From positions 10,878 through 74,877 of the forward strand of contig CAXMOZ010000146.1 in the NCBI GenBank assembly GCA_964195315.1: a stretch of DNA of 64,000 bases. The letters run 5' to 3'. The position numbers and the translations under genes were made by a program. Shown here in pieces: positions 1-10,293 of this stretch. The stretch comes from an uncultured Acidimicrobiia bacterium (GTDB lineage Bacteria; Pseudomonadota; Gammaproteobacteria; GCA-001735895). Numbering within the stretch: position 1 is the first letter of the stretch; each line of letters starts with the position of its first letter. The notes under the pieces were generated by a model, which had not been told where the DNA came from, did no database searches, and worked only from the letters and a program-made list of their open reading frames with translations.

Positions 1-1614
1 GTGACTGCCGCCCTGTCCTTTGGCGATATCGTGGAATAATGCCGCAAGGTAGAGCAATTTAGGGTCTTCCAGTTTGCTGAAAACCAAATTGCAAAACGGA
101 AATTCATCTTCATGTTTTTGGAGTGCAAAACGACGCAGATTTCGAATTACAAAAATGGTGTGCTGGTCGACCGTGTAGGCATGAAATAAATCATACTGCA
201 TACGCCCCGTGATTTTTCCAAAAGCGGGGATATAGGCAGCCAGTAATCCATAGGAATTCATTCTGCGCATTTGATGTGTGACGCCATTAGGTGCGCTCAT
301 CAATTGCATAAACAGGCGTTTAACTTCATCGTTGTTTCTGAAGTTATCATCGACTAAATAAAGATGTTCTCTAATTAATCTGATGGTCGATGCGCTAACG
401 CCTTTGCAGTCTTCATGGGCCGAGATTAAAACAAACAGCTCGATGAGGGCAGGGGGGTGTTGATTAAATACATCGGCATGCTTAACTTCGATAAAGCTGT
501 TTCGTAACATAAAACGATCATTGATGACGTTGGCTTGCTTTTTAGTATCGGCAAATAAAATTTCTTCTTTGAAAATCTGCAGCAGCATTTCATTCAGGCG
601 CTCGAGTTCCATAATGGTTCGATAGTATTGCTGCATGAATTGCTCTATCGCGAGATTATGTGGCCCGGCTTCAAATCCAAAGTCAGTCGAAATTTGATTT
701 TGATAATCAAATAGGAGTCTGTCTTCACGTCTTTTCGCAAGGCGATGTAGCGCGAATCTCACCTTCCACAAATGACGCTGGCTTTGTACTAGCAGATCGT
801 ACTCATCTGTGGTGATAAACTCTCGATCAATGAGCTCAAGATAGGTTCTGGTACCGAAGTGACGTTTAGCAACCCATCCGACAATTTGAATGTCGCGCAA
901 TCCACCGGGCCCCTCTTTAATATTAGGTTCCAGATTGTACGCAGTATCGTTATAGCGCAAATGACGGTTATGTTGCTCCTCCAGTTTAGCTTCAAAAAAC
1001 TCGCGAGAAGACCACATTTGGCTGGGGTCAATTGCTTGTTGAAAACGCTCATATAACCCTTCATCACCGCAAATCAAGCGAGCTTCAATCATATTGGTTA
1101 TGACTGTGACATCTGCCTTGCCTTGTTCGGTGCAGTCTTCAATAGTGCGTACGCTATGACCTACTTCAAGGCCGATATCCCATAGAAATGTGATGAAACA
1201 TGATAATTCGTTTGCTAGCTGTTTATCGGGTTGTTGGCTGATCAGAATCATCAAGTCGATGTCTGATCCTGGCAGTAACTCTGATCGACCATAACCACCT
1301 ACTGCGACCAGACTACATTTGCACTCACGATTGTTATCAATAAAGTTGTCGAAACAATAATTCAGTACATGATCGATGACTTCAGACTTTTGGCGCACTA
1401 GTGTTTGGATTGGCACACCCTGGTCGAAGGCAGCAAAGAGTTTTTCATCGGTTCGATTGAGACCGTCTGTGACTGGCTTTGCAATAATCCCTTGCGGCGT
1501 TTTTATTTGTGATAGGCAGAGATCAATCTCAACTACCATATCTAGCAAGCTATCTGGCAGGTTATCTGCCAGGATAATGTTGATGTGGTTTTCGTTGGAC
1601 ATTTCTCTAGCCAT
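1..1614 (-). CDS. glnD: [Protein-PII] uridylyltransferase/uridylyl-removing enzyme GlnD, N-terminal portion. The gene continues past the window start, so it is truncated by the window edge.
   Basis: The minus-strand translation starts MAREMSNENHINIIL... It carries the nucleotidyltransferase motif GGYGRSELLPGSDIDLMIL. It lies directly downstream of map on the same strand, in the classic map-glnD order. It is absent from the ORF track only because it runs off the window. Confidence 0.85.
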   Translation of the reverse strand, partial: MAREMSNENHINIILADNLPDSLLDMVVEIDLCLSQIKTPQGIIAKPVTDGLNRTDEKLFAAFDQGVPIQTLVRQKSEVIDHVLNYCFDNFIDNNRECKCSLVAVGGYGRSELLPGSDIDLMILISQQPDKQLANELSCFITFLWDIGLEVGHSVRTIEDCTEQGKADVTVITNMIEARLICGDEGLYERFQQAIDPSQMWSSREFFEAKLEEQHNRHLRYNDTAYNLEPNIKEGPGGLRDIQIVGWVAKRHFGTRTYLELIDREFITTDEYDLLVQSQRHLWKVRFALHRLAKRREDRLLFDYQNQISTDFGFEAGPHNLAIEQFMQQYYRTIMELERLNEMLLQIFKEEILFADTKKQANVINDRFMLRNSFIEVKHADVFNQHPPALIELFVLISAHEDCKGVSASTIRLIREHLYLVDDNFRNNDEVKRLFMQLMSAPNGVTHQMRRMNSYGLLAAYIPAFGKITGRMQYDLFHAYTVDQHTIFVIRNLRRFALQKHEDEFPFCNLVFSKLEDPKLLYLAALFHDIAKGQGGSH

Positions 1615-1616
1615 GA

Positions 1617-2384
1617 TTATAAAGGATTGTCAGGATGTTCGGTGAGTACTTCAAAGCCATCTTCTGTCACTAAGTTAGTATGCTCCCACTGGGCTGATAG
1701 GCTATGGTCTTTGGTGACAACAGTCCAGTCATCGGGTAGTAATTTAACGTGACGTTTACCGAGGTTAAGCATCGGCTCAATAGTGAAAGTCATGCCTGGT
1801 TCTAGTACTAACCCAGTGCCTGGTTTGCCATAATGCAAAACTTGAGGGTCTTCATGAAAGACCTTGCCGATACCATGTCCGCAATATTCACGCACGATAC
1901 TGCACTTATTTTTTTCGGCGTGGGTTTGTATGGCATAGCCGATATCCCCTAAACGAACGCCAGGTTTAATCATTTCTATGCCGAGTTTCATGCATTCATA
2001 AGCGATACGTGATAAACGCTCACCCTGGATGGTGGCTTTACCGACCATAAACATACGGCTCGTATCACCGTGATAATCATCTTTTATCACAGTGATATCA
2101 ATATTGATAATATCGCCTGTCTTGAGTTTCTTATCTGCGGGAATGCCATGGCAAACAACATGATTGACCGAAGTGCAAATTGAGCGCGGAAAACCTCGAT
2201 AGTTGAGTGGTGCTGGAATGCATTGCTGATGGTTGACGATATAATCGTGGCATATGTCATTCAGCTTTTGAGTGGTGATGCCTGGTTTTACGTATGGCTC
2301 TATCATACGCAAAACGTCTGCTGCAAGCCTTCCTGCAATCCGCATTTTTTCAATTTCTTCACTATTTTTGATTGAGACGCCCAT
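1617..2384 (-). CDS. map: Type I methionine aminopeptidase
   Basis: 255-aa ORF with the MetAP-I fold signature (…HGIP…DIINIDITV…HGDTS…EPM…). It is divergent from rpsB, as in E. coli and Pseudomonas. Confidence 0.9.
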   Translation of the reverse strand: MGVSIKNSEEIEKMRIAGRLAADVLRMIEPYVKPGITTQKLNDICHDYIVNHQQCIPAPLNYRGFPRSICTSVNHVVCHGIPADKKLKTGDIINIDITVIKDDYHGDTSRMFMVGKATIQGERLSRIAYECMKLGIEMIKPGVRLGDIGYAIQTHAEKNKCSIVREYCGHGIGKVFHEDPQVLHYGKPGTGLVLEPGMTFTIEPMLNLGKRHVKLLPDDWTVVTKDHSLSAQWEHTNLVTEDGFEVLTEHPDNPL

Positions 2385-2630
2385 AAATCACTGCTGTGTT
2401 GTTGTTGGTAAAGGGGGATTATGGTATAAAGCGCGCGCTCTCGGCAACATCAGAGTAAATTTAAGTGAAATTAACTTAAAAATTTAAAATACACACGCGT
2501 ATCATCACTCGATTATGGGTGCTTGTTTTTTACCAGAGAAACAGGTCGTAATCGCTGGATTCGTGGAGGCTTAACCCCGAGTAGTCATTGTGAATAGCCG
2601 ACTACTCAAGACAGATATCTGGAGATAACT

Positions 2631-3551
2631 ATGTCTAACGTCACTATGCGTGAAATGTTGGAAGCGGGCGTGCACTTCGGTCACCAAACTCGTTTCTGGA
2701 ACCCCAAAATGGCTCCCTTTATTTTTGGCGAGCGAAATAAAATCCATATCATCAACCTCGAGCAAACCATGCCGTTGGCTAAAGATGCGCTTAACTTCCT
2801 TGGGAAGGTTGCATCTAACAAAGGTAAGGTTATGTTTGTTGGCACTAAGCGTGCTGCAAGCGAGCCAGTAAAGGCTGAAGCTGAGCGTTGTGGTATGCCT
2901 TTCGTCAATCATCGCTGGTTAGGTGGTATGTTGACTAACTTCCGTACCGTTCGTGCTTCTATCAAGCGTTTAAAAGAACTGGAAGAAATGGCAAAAAACA
3001 ATGCCTACGAGAAAATCAGCAAGAAAGAAATTCTACAATTATCTCGCGAGCAAGAAAAACTAGAAAAGACACTGGGTGGCATCAAGGAAATGAATGGCTT
3101 ACCTGATGTGCTTTATGTTATCGACGTCGGTTACGAAAATATTGCAATTCAGGAAGCAACTAAGCTTGGTATTCCTGTCGTTGGTGTGGTTGATACAAAC
3201 AACTCTCCTGATGGCATTGATTATATTATTCCAGGTAACGATGACTCGATGCGTGCGATCAAGCTTTATACCAAAATGGCAGCTGATGCGATTTTGGTTG
3301 GCAAAGAAAGCATCGCCGGTGAAATTAAAGCGAGAGCAGAAGTTGCAAAAGCCCCTGCTAAAGAGCTAGCTGTAGACGAAGCAGCGGCCACTGAGTCGGT
3401 TGAAGTAGAAGCAGCGCCAGCTGAAGTAGAAGCAGCACCGGCTGAAGTAGCCGCAGTAGAAGCAGCAGCGCCGAAGAAAGTTGCTGTGAAAAAAGCTGCA
3501 ACTAAAAAGGCAGTTGAACCTGCAGCAGAGAAAGCTGAAGGCGAAGAGTAA
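2631..3551 (+). CDS. rpsB: 30S ribosomal protein S2, carrying an unusual ~65-aa Ala/Glu/Val/Lys-rich C-terminal extension
   Basis: The N-terminus [27 protein letters not shown] is canonical S2. The tail [32 protein letters not shown]… is encoded by imperfect 21-nt tandem repeats. Confidence 0.95.
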   Translation: MSNVTMREMLEAGVHFGHQTRFWNPKMAPFIFGERNKIHIINLEQTMPLAKDALNFLGKVASNKGKVMFVGTKRAASEPVKAEAERCGMPFVNHRWLGGMLTNFRTVRASIKRLKELEEMAKNNAYEKISKKEILQLSREQEKLEKTLGGIKEMNGLPDVLYVIDVGYENIAIQEATKLGIPVVGVVDTNNSPDGIDYIIPGNDDSMRAIKLYTKMAADAILVGKESIAGEIKARAEVAKAPAKELAVDEAAATESVEVEAAPAEVEAAPAEVAAVEAAAPKKVAVKKAATKKAVEPAAEKAEGEE

Positions 3552-3735
3552 TACCAATCTCAAGACCAGATTTACGAAGAAGTGAATCTGGTTTTGAGGA
3601 GCTATCCTCTTAAAAAAAATGCCGACATTTAGCTCGGATATTTTAAGAGACTTATTAAAAACGAATTGATGGCTTGTCTTAGTCTTAGTGTTTTTATGCT
3701 TAAGGAAGTCAAGTTAAAACTAGTGAGGCATTGAA

Positions 3736-4602
3736 GTGGCTGTAACAGCATCTTTAGTAAAAGAACTTCGCGAGCGTACTGGCTCGGGAATGATGGAATG
3801 TAAAAAAGCATTGGTTGAGTGCGATGGTGACATCGAAGCTGCAGCAGAGCTGATGCGCGTGTCGGGTGCGGCAAAAGCAGATAAGAAAGCAGGTCGAGTT
3901 GCTGCAGATGGCGCGGTTATGGTCAGAGTCGAAGGCAATACAGCTGTTATTCTTGAAATTAACTCTGAAACCGACTTTGTCGCGAAAGACAGTAATTTTC
4001 AGGCATTTGCTGATGGCGTCGTCAAGGCAATTTTAAGTAATAAACCAACATCGGTTGAAGCCGTTGCTGAGCTGTCGATTAATGATACTAAGACAATCGA
4101 AGAAGCTCGTCAGGCATTGATTTCAAAAGTAGGCGAGAATATTCAAATTCGTCGGTTTGAAATCATCGAGTCTGCACAAGGAGTTGCGTCATATTCGCAT
4201 GGTTCACGTATTGGCGTATTGGTTGAATCGGATGCCGAGGCTGATATGGCTCGTGATATCGCGATGCATGTTGCTGCGGTTAACCCACAGTATGTGGATA
4301 AGTCAGCAGTACCTGCTGAATTCATCGAAAAAGAGAAAGGCATTTTAATTGCTCAGGCACAAGACAGTGGCAAGCCTCCTGAAATCATCGAGAAAATGAT
4401 CCAGGGACGTTTGAATAAGTTTCTAGCAGAGATCACTTTACTGGATCAGCCTTTTGTTAAGGATCAAGATCAGACAGTGAGCAAGCTTTTGTCCAATGCT
4501 GGTAGATCAGTCACTAGTTTTGTTCGATACGAAGTGGGTGAAGGCATCGAAAAGAAAGTAGAAGACTTTGCTGCAGAAGTAGCATCTCAGCTCAAAAGCT
4601 AA
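3736..4602 (+). CDS. tsf: Elongation factor Ts
   Basis: GTG start. The sequence ASLVKELRERTGSGMMECKKAL is the canonical EF-Ts N-terminus. It follows rpsB. Confidence 0.95.
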   Translation: MAVTASLVKELRERTGSGMMECKKALVECDGDIEAAAELMRVSGAAKADKKAGRVAADGAVMVRVEGNTAVILEINSETDFVAKDSNFQAFADGVVKAILSNKPTSVEAVAELSINDTKTIEEARQALISKVGENIQIRRFEIIESAQGVASYSHGSRIGVLVESDAEADMARDIAMHVAAVNPQYVDKSAVPAEFIEKEKGILIAQAQDSGKPPEIIEKMIQGRLNKFLAEITLLDQPFVKDQDQTVSKLLSNAGRSVTSFVRYEVGEGIEKKVEDFAAEVASQLKS

Positions 4603-4620
4603 AAGCTTATAAGCTAACAT

Positions 4621-4650
4621 AAAGGCCGCTTTTGCGGCCTTTATTATATG
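4621..4650 (+). terminator. Rho-independent terminator after tsf
   Basis: AAAGGCCGC-TTT-GCGGCCTTT is a perfect 9-bp GC-rich stem followed by TTATTAT. Confidence 0.6.
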
Positions 4651-4837
4651 GGCGTCTTAAACCGCACTTTCCGCGATAGCAGTGATAGTGGTGCCTGGTT
4701 TTTTTAGTCCTGTACTCCAATCCACGGGTTGTTGATGTACACTGTGATTGTGCGAACTGACTTGGTTAAGTTGACGGCTAAAGCTTCATAAATAGGGTAT
4801 TTAGTTTCGACGCAATGTATAAATATATGAGTGAAAA

Positions 4838-5563
4838 ATGACCGACCTTAAATACAAGCGCTTATTGGTTAAACTCAGTGGTGAAGCCCTCATGGGGCAA
4901 TACGATTTTGGTATAGATCCGGTTGTTATAGCGCAGTTATCTGGCGAATTAGATAACTTGCAGCAAGCGGGTGTCGAATTAGGTGTAGTGGTTGGTGGTG
5001 GTAACTTGTTCAGAGGCGCTCAACTGGCTAAGGCCGGTGTCGATCGAGTTACTGGTGATCACATGGGTATGCTCGCGACTGTAATGAATGCGCTTGCATT
5101 AAGAGATAGCTTGCAACGGCGCGGCGTACCGGCAACCGTTATGTCGGGGCTCGATATGCCTCAGGTTTGTGATCGATATACACAACGCGAAGCTCGACAA
5201 AGGATAGCGGATGGTGGCATTGTTATTTTTGCTGCAGGTACCGGTTGCCCTTACTTTACGACCGATACAGGCGCTAGTTTAAGAGCAGTCGAAATTCAGG
5301 CTGACTTGATGGTTAAGGCAACCAAAGTAGACGGGATTTATAATAAAGACCCAGTCAAGTTTGAAGATGCAGTAAAATACGATCATCTCGACTATGATCA
5401 GGCGATTGATCAGCGTTTGGCCGTTATGGATGTTGCAGCGATGATTCTATGCAATGATAATGCGCTCGATATGGTTGTTTGTGAAATGAGTCAGTCCGGA
5501 GTTTTGCTCGAACTGGCAAAAGGTAAATCTATCGGCACGTTAGTGACCCGGAAAGAGGCATAA
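4838..5563 (+). CDS. pyrH: UMP kinase
   Basis: The N-terminus [12 protein letters not shown]… and the G-rich loop [10 protein letters not shown] match UMP kinase. Its position tsf-pyrH-frr also fits. Confidence 0.95.
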   Translation: MTDLKYKRLLVKLSGEALMGQYDFGIDPVVIAQLSGELDNLQQAGVELGVVVGGGNLFRGAQLAKAGVDRVTGDHMGMLATVMNALALRDSLQRRGVPATVMSGLDMPQVCDRYTQREARQRIADGGIVIFAAGTGCPYFTTDTGASLRAVEIQADLMVKATKVDGIYNKDPVKFEDAVKYDHLDYDQAIDQRLAVMDVAAMILCNDNALDMVVCEMSQSGVLLELAKGKSIGTLVTRKEA

Positions 5564-5565
5564 AA

Positions 5566-6123
5566 ATGATTCATGATGTACAAAAAGATGCGTTGAGTCG
5601 AATGAACAAAAGCATCGAAGCGTTTAAAGTGGAGTTGTCAAAAATTCGGACGGGCCGTGCGCATGTCAGCTTGTTAAACCATATTTCGGTGGATTTCTAT
5701 GGCAGTGAAGTACCCATTGGGCAAGCTGCCAATCTGACGGTTGAAGATGCTCGGACGTTAGCCGTAACACCCTGGGATAAGAGCATGGTGTCTGTCATCG
5801 AAAAGGCAATTATGAAGTCTGACCTGGGTTTAAACCCATCGACGTCGGGTGCTGTAATACGCGTACCAATGCCACCATTGACCGAAGAACGACGTAAAGA
5901 ACTCGTCAAAGTGGTCAAAGAGCTGGCTGAAAATGCTCGAATTGCCATTCGAAATATTCGGCGTGATGCGAATAGTGATCTCAAATCACTTGAGAAAGAT
6001 AAAGATATTTCTGAAGATGAAGAGCACAAGGGACAAGACTTAGTCCAGCAGACCACTAATCAATCTACCGATGAAATCGAATCGCTGTTACAGATTAAAG
6101 AAAAAGAGCTAATGGTAATTTAG
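5566..6123 (+). CDS. frr: Ribosome recycling factor
   Basis: 185 aa. Synteny and the motif [12 protein letters not shown] support the call. Confidence 0.95.
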   Translation: MIHDVQKDALSRMNKSIEAFKVELSKIRTGRAHVSLLNHISVDFYGSEVPIGQAANLTVEDARTLAVTPWDKSMVSVIEKAIMKSDLGLNPSTSGAVIRVPMPPLTEERRKELVKVVKELAENARIAIRNIRRDANSDLKSLEKDKDISEDEEHKGQDLVQQTTNQSTDEIESLLQIKEKELMVI

Positions 6124-6138
6124 GATCTATCGATTCAT

Positions 6139-6900
6139 ATGGATTCATTAGTAACAGCGCAGCAATCGATACAGGACCAATCGATACCAGAACATGTTTG
6201 CATCATTATGGATGGCAATGGTCGCTGGGCCAAAAAGCGTCTCATGCCAAGAACGTTTGGGCATCGTAAAGGGGTTGCCATTACTCGAAATTCGATTGAG
6301 TTTTTTGCTCGAGCGGGCGTGCGACATTTAACGCTTTTTGCGTTTAGCAGCGAGAACTGGAATCGCCCCGAAGAAGAAGTCAGCACGTTAATGGAATTGT
6401 TTTTTCGATCATTAAAAGACAACAGTGTTGAATTAAATTCAAAGAATATTCGCATTCGTTTTATCGGTCAACGTGAAGCATTCTCTCAAATTTTACAGAG
6501 TCAAATCGCAGAAACTGAAGCGCTGACACTGAATAACAACCAGATGATATTAAATATTGCCGCTAATTATGGTGGGCAGTGGGATATATTGAATGCGGTA
6601 AAGAGAGTGGCTGCACGAGTAGAGCAAGGCGAAATTTCGGCAGAGCTTATCGACCAAACTATGCTCGAAAGTGAACTTTCTTTAGCCAATACGCCCGATC
6701 CAGACCTTTTTATCCGAACCGGTGGAGAGCATCGAGTGAGTAACTTCTTACTGTGGCAAATGGCGTATACGGAGTTTTATTTTACCGATGTTTTATGGCC
6801 AGACTTTTCTTCAAAGGAAATGCAAAAAGCACTGGATGATTATGCAAAGCGACAACGACGTTATGGCAAAACAGGTGATCAGATAGTGGAAGCTAAGTAA
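6139..6900 (+). CDS. uppS: Ditrans,polycis-undecaprenyl-diphosphate synthase
   Basis: HVCIIMDGNGRWAKKR is the cis-prenyltransferase motif. It follows frr. Confidence 0.9.
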   Translation: MDSLVTAQQSIQDQSIPEHVCIIMDGNGRWAKKRLMPRTFGHRKGVAITRNSIEFFARAGVRHLTLFAFSSENWNRPEEEVSTLMELFFRSLKDNSVELNSKNIRIRFIGQREAFSQILQSQIAETEALTLNNNQMILNIAANYGGQWDILNAVKRVAARVEQGEISAELIDQTMLESELSLANTPDPDLFIRTGGEHRVSNFLLWQMAYTEFYFTDVLWPDFSSKEMQKALDDYAKRQRRYGKTGDQIVEAK

Positions 6901-7721
6901 TGCTCAAAAAACGTATATTAACCGCTACCGTGTTGGCGTTAGTGTTTGTAGATACCATCTTGTACACCGGTAACGCTGGGGCTAGCGTTTTATTTTCGCT
7001 CGCATTATTTGTCGCTGCACGTGAATTGTTTGCACTCACTATAAAGCCTGAGAAGACACTTGGAACACTCATCGCTATACTATTTGCCTCACTATTCTGG
7101 CTGTTCAACTTAAAGACGGGCATTCGCGCTAACTTTTATTTGTCTTTTGCTGGCTCATTACTTTGGGTTGGTATTTTGTTTTTTATGGTTCGCTACCAGT
7201 TTAGTGGTCAATGGGCTACTCCTACAAAATGGCTGCATCTGCTCATGGGTTTAGTTTTATTGTGGATATGTGGAACGGGTCTTTTATTTGTACATCGCCA
7301 CTTTGATGCCGGCGGTTTAATACTGTTCTACACCCTGACGCTCATATGGATTGCAGATATTGGGGCTTACTTTTCCGGAAAGAGATTTGGTCGAAACAAA
7401 CTGGCACCCGGAATTAGTCCGGGTAAAACGCGCGAAGGTGTTATTGGTGGCATTGTTTGTAATATGATTTGGATGTCCATCGTATTCTGGCTTAGTGGTG
7501 GCTGGGGCATGGCATTGTGGCAGTTTATCAGTATTGGATTATGTGCTTCGCTGATTTCGGTAGTCGGTGACCTGTATGAAAGTATTTTAAAGCGCGAAGC
7601 TGGCGTGAAAGATAGCGGTACACTCTTACCCGGGCATGGCGGTGTTTTAGACAGAGTTGATGGCGTGATCGCAGCGACTCCAGTTTTTATTCTGGGCCTA
7701 TACGCGGTAGGCGCAATATAA
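6900..7721 (+). CDS. cdsA: Phosphatidate cytidylyltransferase (CDP-diglyceride synthase)
   Basis: It is a multi-TM protein with the C-terminal CTP-transferase signature (…SxxKR…G…PGHGG…DR). Its start overlaps the uppS stop. Confidence 0.85.
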   Translation: MLKKRILTATVLALVFVDTILYTGNAGASVLFSLALFVAARELFALTIKPEKTLGTLIAILFASLFWLFNLKTGIRANFYLSFAGSLLWVGILFFMVRYQFSGQWATPTKWLHLLMGLVLLWICGTGLLFVHRHFDAGGLILFYTLTLIWIADIGAYFSGKRFGRNKLAPGISPGKTREGVIGGIVCNMIWMSIVFWLSGGWGMALWQFISIGLCASLISVVGDLYESILKREAGVKDSGTLLPGHGGVLDRVDGVIAATPVFILGLYAVGAI

Positions 7722-8909
7722 ATGCAGCAGATCACTATTCTTGGAGCGACGGGGTCGATAGGGGCAAGTAGCCTCGATGTCATTTCGCAGCACCCAACGC
7801 AATATTCGATTTATGCAGTCACTGCGAATACCAATGTCGAGAAGATGCTATCGATTTGCCTGCAGTATCAACCTCAATATGCGGTTATGAGCGATAAAGA
7901 TAGTGCGCAACAACTCAAATTATTGCTTAAAGGTTTGGCTACACGGGTCATTGATGGGCAACAAGGCCTACTCGAAGTAGCCAGTCATGATGAAGTCGAT
8001 ATTGTCATAGCGGCAATTGTCGGTTCGGTCGGGCTAATGCCTACCTTGGCAGCTGTCCGCAGCGCCAAACGGGTATTGTTAGCGAATAAGGAATCGCTAG
8101 TGATGATGGGCGATTTATTCATGAAAGAAGTCGCCCAGCATAAAGCATTGCTGATTCCAGTAGACAGCGAACACAATGCCATATTTCAATGTTTGCCTGC
8201 AGATTATGCCGCGAACCAAACTGAAAAAGGCATTAATAAACTACTACTCACCGGTTCAGGTGGACCGTTTCGTGAATTACCACTGAATGAATTTGATGCA
8301 GTGACGCCGCAGCGTGCCATTACTCATCCTAATTGGAGTATGGGCCCCAAAATCTCGGTTGATTCAGCGACTATGATGAATAAGGGCTTAGAATTAATAG
8401 AGGCTTGTTGGTTATTTGATATTGACGAAAAAAATGTTGAAATTGTTTTGCATAAACAAAGTATTATTCATTCAATGGTAGCTTATAATGATGGCTCAGT
8501 GTTGGCTCAAATGGGTAATCCTGATATGCGTACGCCGATTGCGAGTGCGTTAGCATGGCCAGATAGAATTAGCTCTGGTGTTGAACCATTAGACTTGATT
8601 CAGGTCAGTCAACTAGACTTTGAAACTGCCGATGATAAGCGTTTCCCCTGCCTTAAATTGGCACGTGACGCTTTTAAGCAAGGCGGTACTAGTATGGCCA
8701 TTTTGAACGCGGCTAATGAAGTGGCTGTCGCCAGTTTTCTGAACAAACAAATAAAATTCACTGGTATCCCAAAATTGATCGACAATACATTACAAAATAT
8801 CCAATCAAATGCAGCACATAATTTGGACATTATTCTAGATGATGATCGACGTGCTCGCGAGTTTGCGGGTCGACAGTCTGAGGTTTATAGTCGGCGGATA
8901 AATCACTGA
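7722..8909 (+). CDS. dxr: 1-deoxy-D-xylulose 5-phosphate reductoisomerase
   Basis: MQQITILGATGSIGASSLDV is the NADPH-binding N-terminus. The cdsA-dxr-rseP arrangement matches the Pseudomonas type. Confidence 0.9.
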   Translation: MQQITILGATGSIGASSLDVISQHPTQYSIYAVTANTNVEKMLSICLQYQPQYAVMSDKDSAQQLKLLLKGLATRVIDGQQGLLEVASHDEVDIVIAAIVGSVGLMPTLAAVRSAKRVLLANKESLVMMGDLFMKEVAQHKALLIPVDSEHNAIFQCLPADYAANQTEKGINKLLLTGSGGPFRELPLNEFDAVTPQRAITHPNWSMGPKISVDSATMMNKGLELIEACWLFDIDEKNVEIVLHKQSIIHSMVAYNDGSVLAQMGNPDMRTPIASALAWPDRISSGVEPLDLIQVSQLDFETADDKRFPCLKLARDAFKQGGTSMAILNAANEVAVASFLNKQIKFTGIPKLIDNTLQNIQSNAAHNLDIILDDDRRAREFAGRQSEVYSRRINH

Positions 8910-10291
8910 TGGATGGCTTCATTTCGGTTCTTTACAGTATCGCCGCATTTATCACTGCCATCGGTATCTTAGTGACGATACACGAATTTGGACATTTTTG
9001 GGTAGCTCGCAAAATGGGCGTCAAGGTGCTCAGGTTTTCAGTCGGTTTTGGTAAACCGTTGTGGACAAAAAAAGCCGGCCCCGATCAGACTGAATACGTT
9101 TTAGCCTGTATTCCGCTAGGTGGTTACGTGAAAATGCTCGATGAGCGTGAGGGTGACGTCGCTGAAAACGAGCTTGATAGAACATTTAATCGAAAGAGCG
9201 TTTGGCGACGTTTTGCCATTGTTGCTGCTGGACCGATGTTTAACTTCCTCTTCGCTATTGCCGCTTATTCCTTAATTTACATGATGGGAATCGACGGCGT
9301 GAAACCAGTTATCGGTGAAGTCACTAATCCTAGTCCTGCCTACAATGCTGGTATCCGGGCACAGGATACGATCCTTTCTGTGAATGGCATTAAAACATTG
9401 AGTTGGGAAAAAGCGCGTTTTACATTGCTTGAAGAATCGGTTGGTGCTGAGTCAATTGAGATTGAAGTTGAACGTGCTGACTTTCAAATAGAGAAAACGG
9501 TAGTTGACATTAGCCAGCTGCAGCTTTTAAAAAAAGAACAAATAGATCTAATAGGTGAATTGGGTTTCTCAGCCTGGCGCCCCAATATTCCTCCCGTTAT
9601 TGATGATGTTGTAGCAGGAGGAGCAGCAGAAGCAGCGGGTCTGTTGGCAAACGACAAAATAGTCATGCTAGCAGGTGAAATGATACCGAATGTACATCGT
9701 TGGGTTGAATTAATTCGGGCTAATCCAGAAAAATCTCTTGATGTCCTTGTGCTAAGAGACAATCAGCAAGTGACACTTAAAATTACCCCAGGAATTCGCA
9801 CTGATAAAGGCGAAAGCTATGGCTTCATTGGTGTCATGAATCGAATTGAAATACCAGACGATGTGCGGCAGAAAATGTTGGTTACCGAACGTTATGGGCC
9901 TATCGAAGCGCTCGGTGAATCGATAGAGAAAACATGGCGGATGTCTTGGTTAACTTTAAAAGTGCTCGGTAAATTGGTGGTTGGTGAGGCCAGTGTGAAA
10001 AATTTGAGTGGCCCAATTACAATCGCTAAGTACGCTGGGATTTCTGCACAAGTGGGTTTCGAGCAGTTCATCACCTTTCTCGCTATTATTAGCATTAGCC
10101 TAGGTGTATTGAATCTATTGCCTGTTCCTATTTTAGATGGAGGGCACTTATTTTATTATTTGATTGAAATGCTGAAAGGAAGCCCGGTATCAGAAACAAC
10201 GGAAGTGGTAGGTCAGAAAATTGGTGTGGTGCTGCTTTTTGGCCTCATGTCGATTGCTATTTATAACGACTTACTTCGTCTGGTGGGATAA
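8909..10291 (+). CDS. rseP: RIP zinc metalloprotease RseP
   Basis: HEFGHFWVARK is the HExxH motif in TM1. It also has PDZ regions and the LDGG motif (NLLPVPILDGGHL). Confidence 0.85.
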   Translation: MDGFISVLYSIAAFITAIGILVTIHEFGHFWVARKMGVKVLRFSVGFGKPLWTKKAGPDQTEYVLACIPLGGYVKMLDEREGDVAENELDRTFNRKSVWRRFAIVAAGPMFNFLFAIAAYSLIYMMGIDGVKPVIGEVTNPSPAYNAGIRAQDTILSVNGIKTLSWEKARFTLLEESVGAESIEIEVERADFQIEKTVVDISQLQLLKKEQIDLIGELGFSAWRPNIPPVIDDVVAGGAAEAAGLLANDKIVMLAGEMIPNVHRWVELIRANPEKSLDVLVLRDNQQVTLKITPGIRTDKGESYGFIGVMNRIEIPDDVRQKMLVTERYGPIEALGESIEKTWRMSWLTLKVLGKLVVGEASVKNLSGPITIAKYAGISAQVGFEQFITFLAIISISLGVLNLLPVPILDGGHLFYYLIEMLKGSPVSETTEVVGQKIGVVLLFGLMSIAIYNDLLRLVG

Positions 10292-10293
10292 TT

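Noticed and set aside
2650-2912. Several 65-113 aa track ORFs nested inside or antisense to rpsB, plus similar antisense ORFs at 5697-6056, 7367-7783, 9484-9762, 10974-11213, 15812-16006, 31804-32025, 51485-51712 and 57314-57883
   Set aside because: They sit entirely within strongly supported conserved genes on the opposite strand or in another frame. They have no motifs and odd composition. They are treated as frame shadows.
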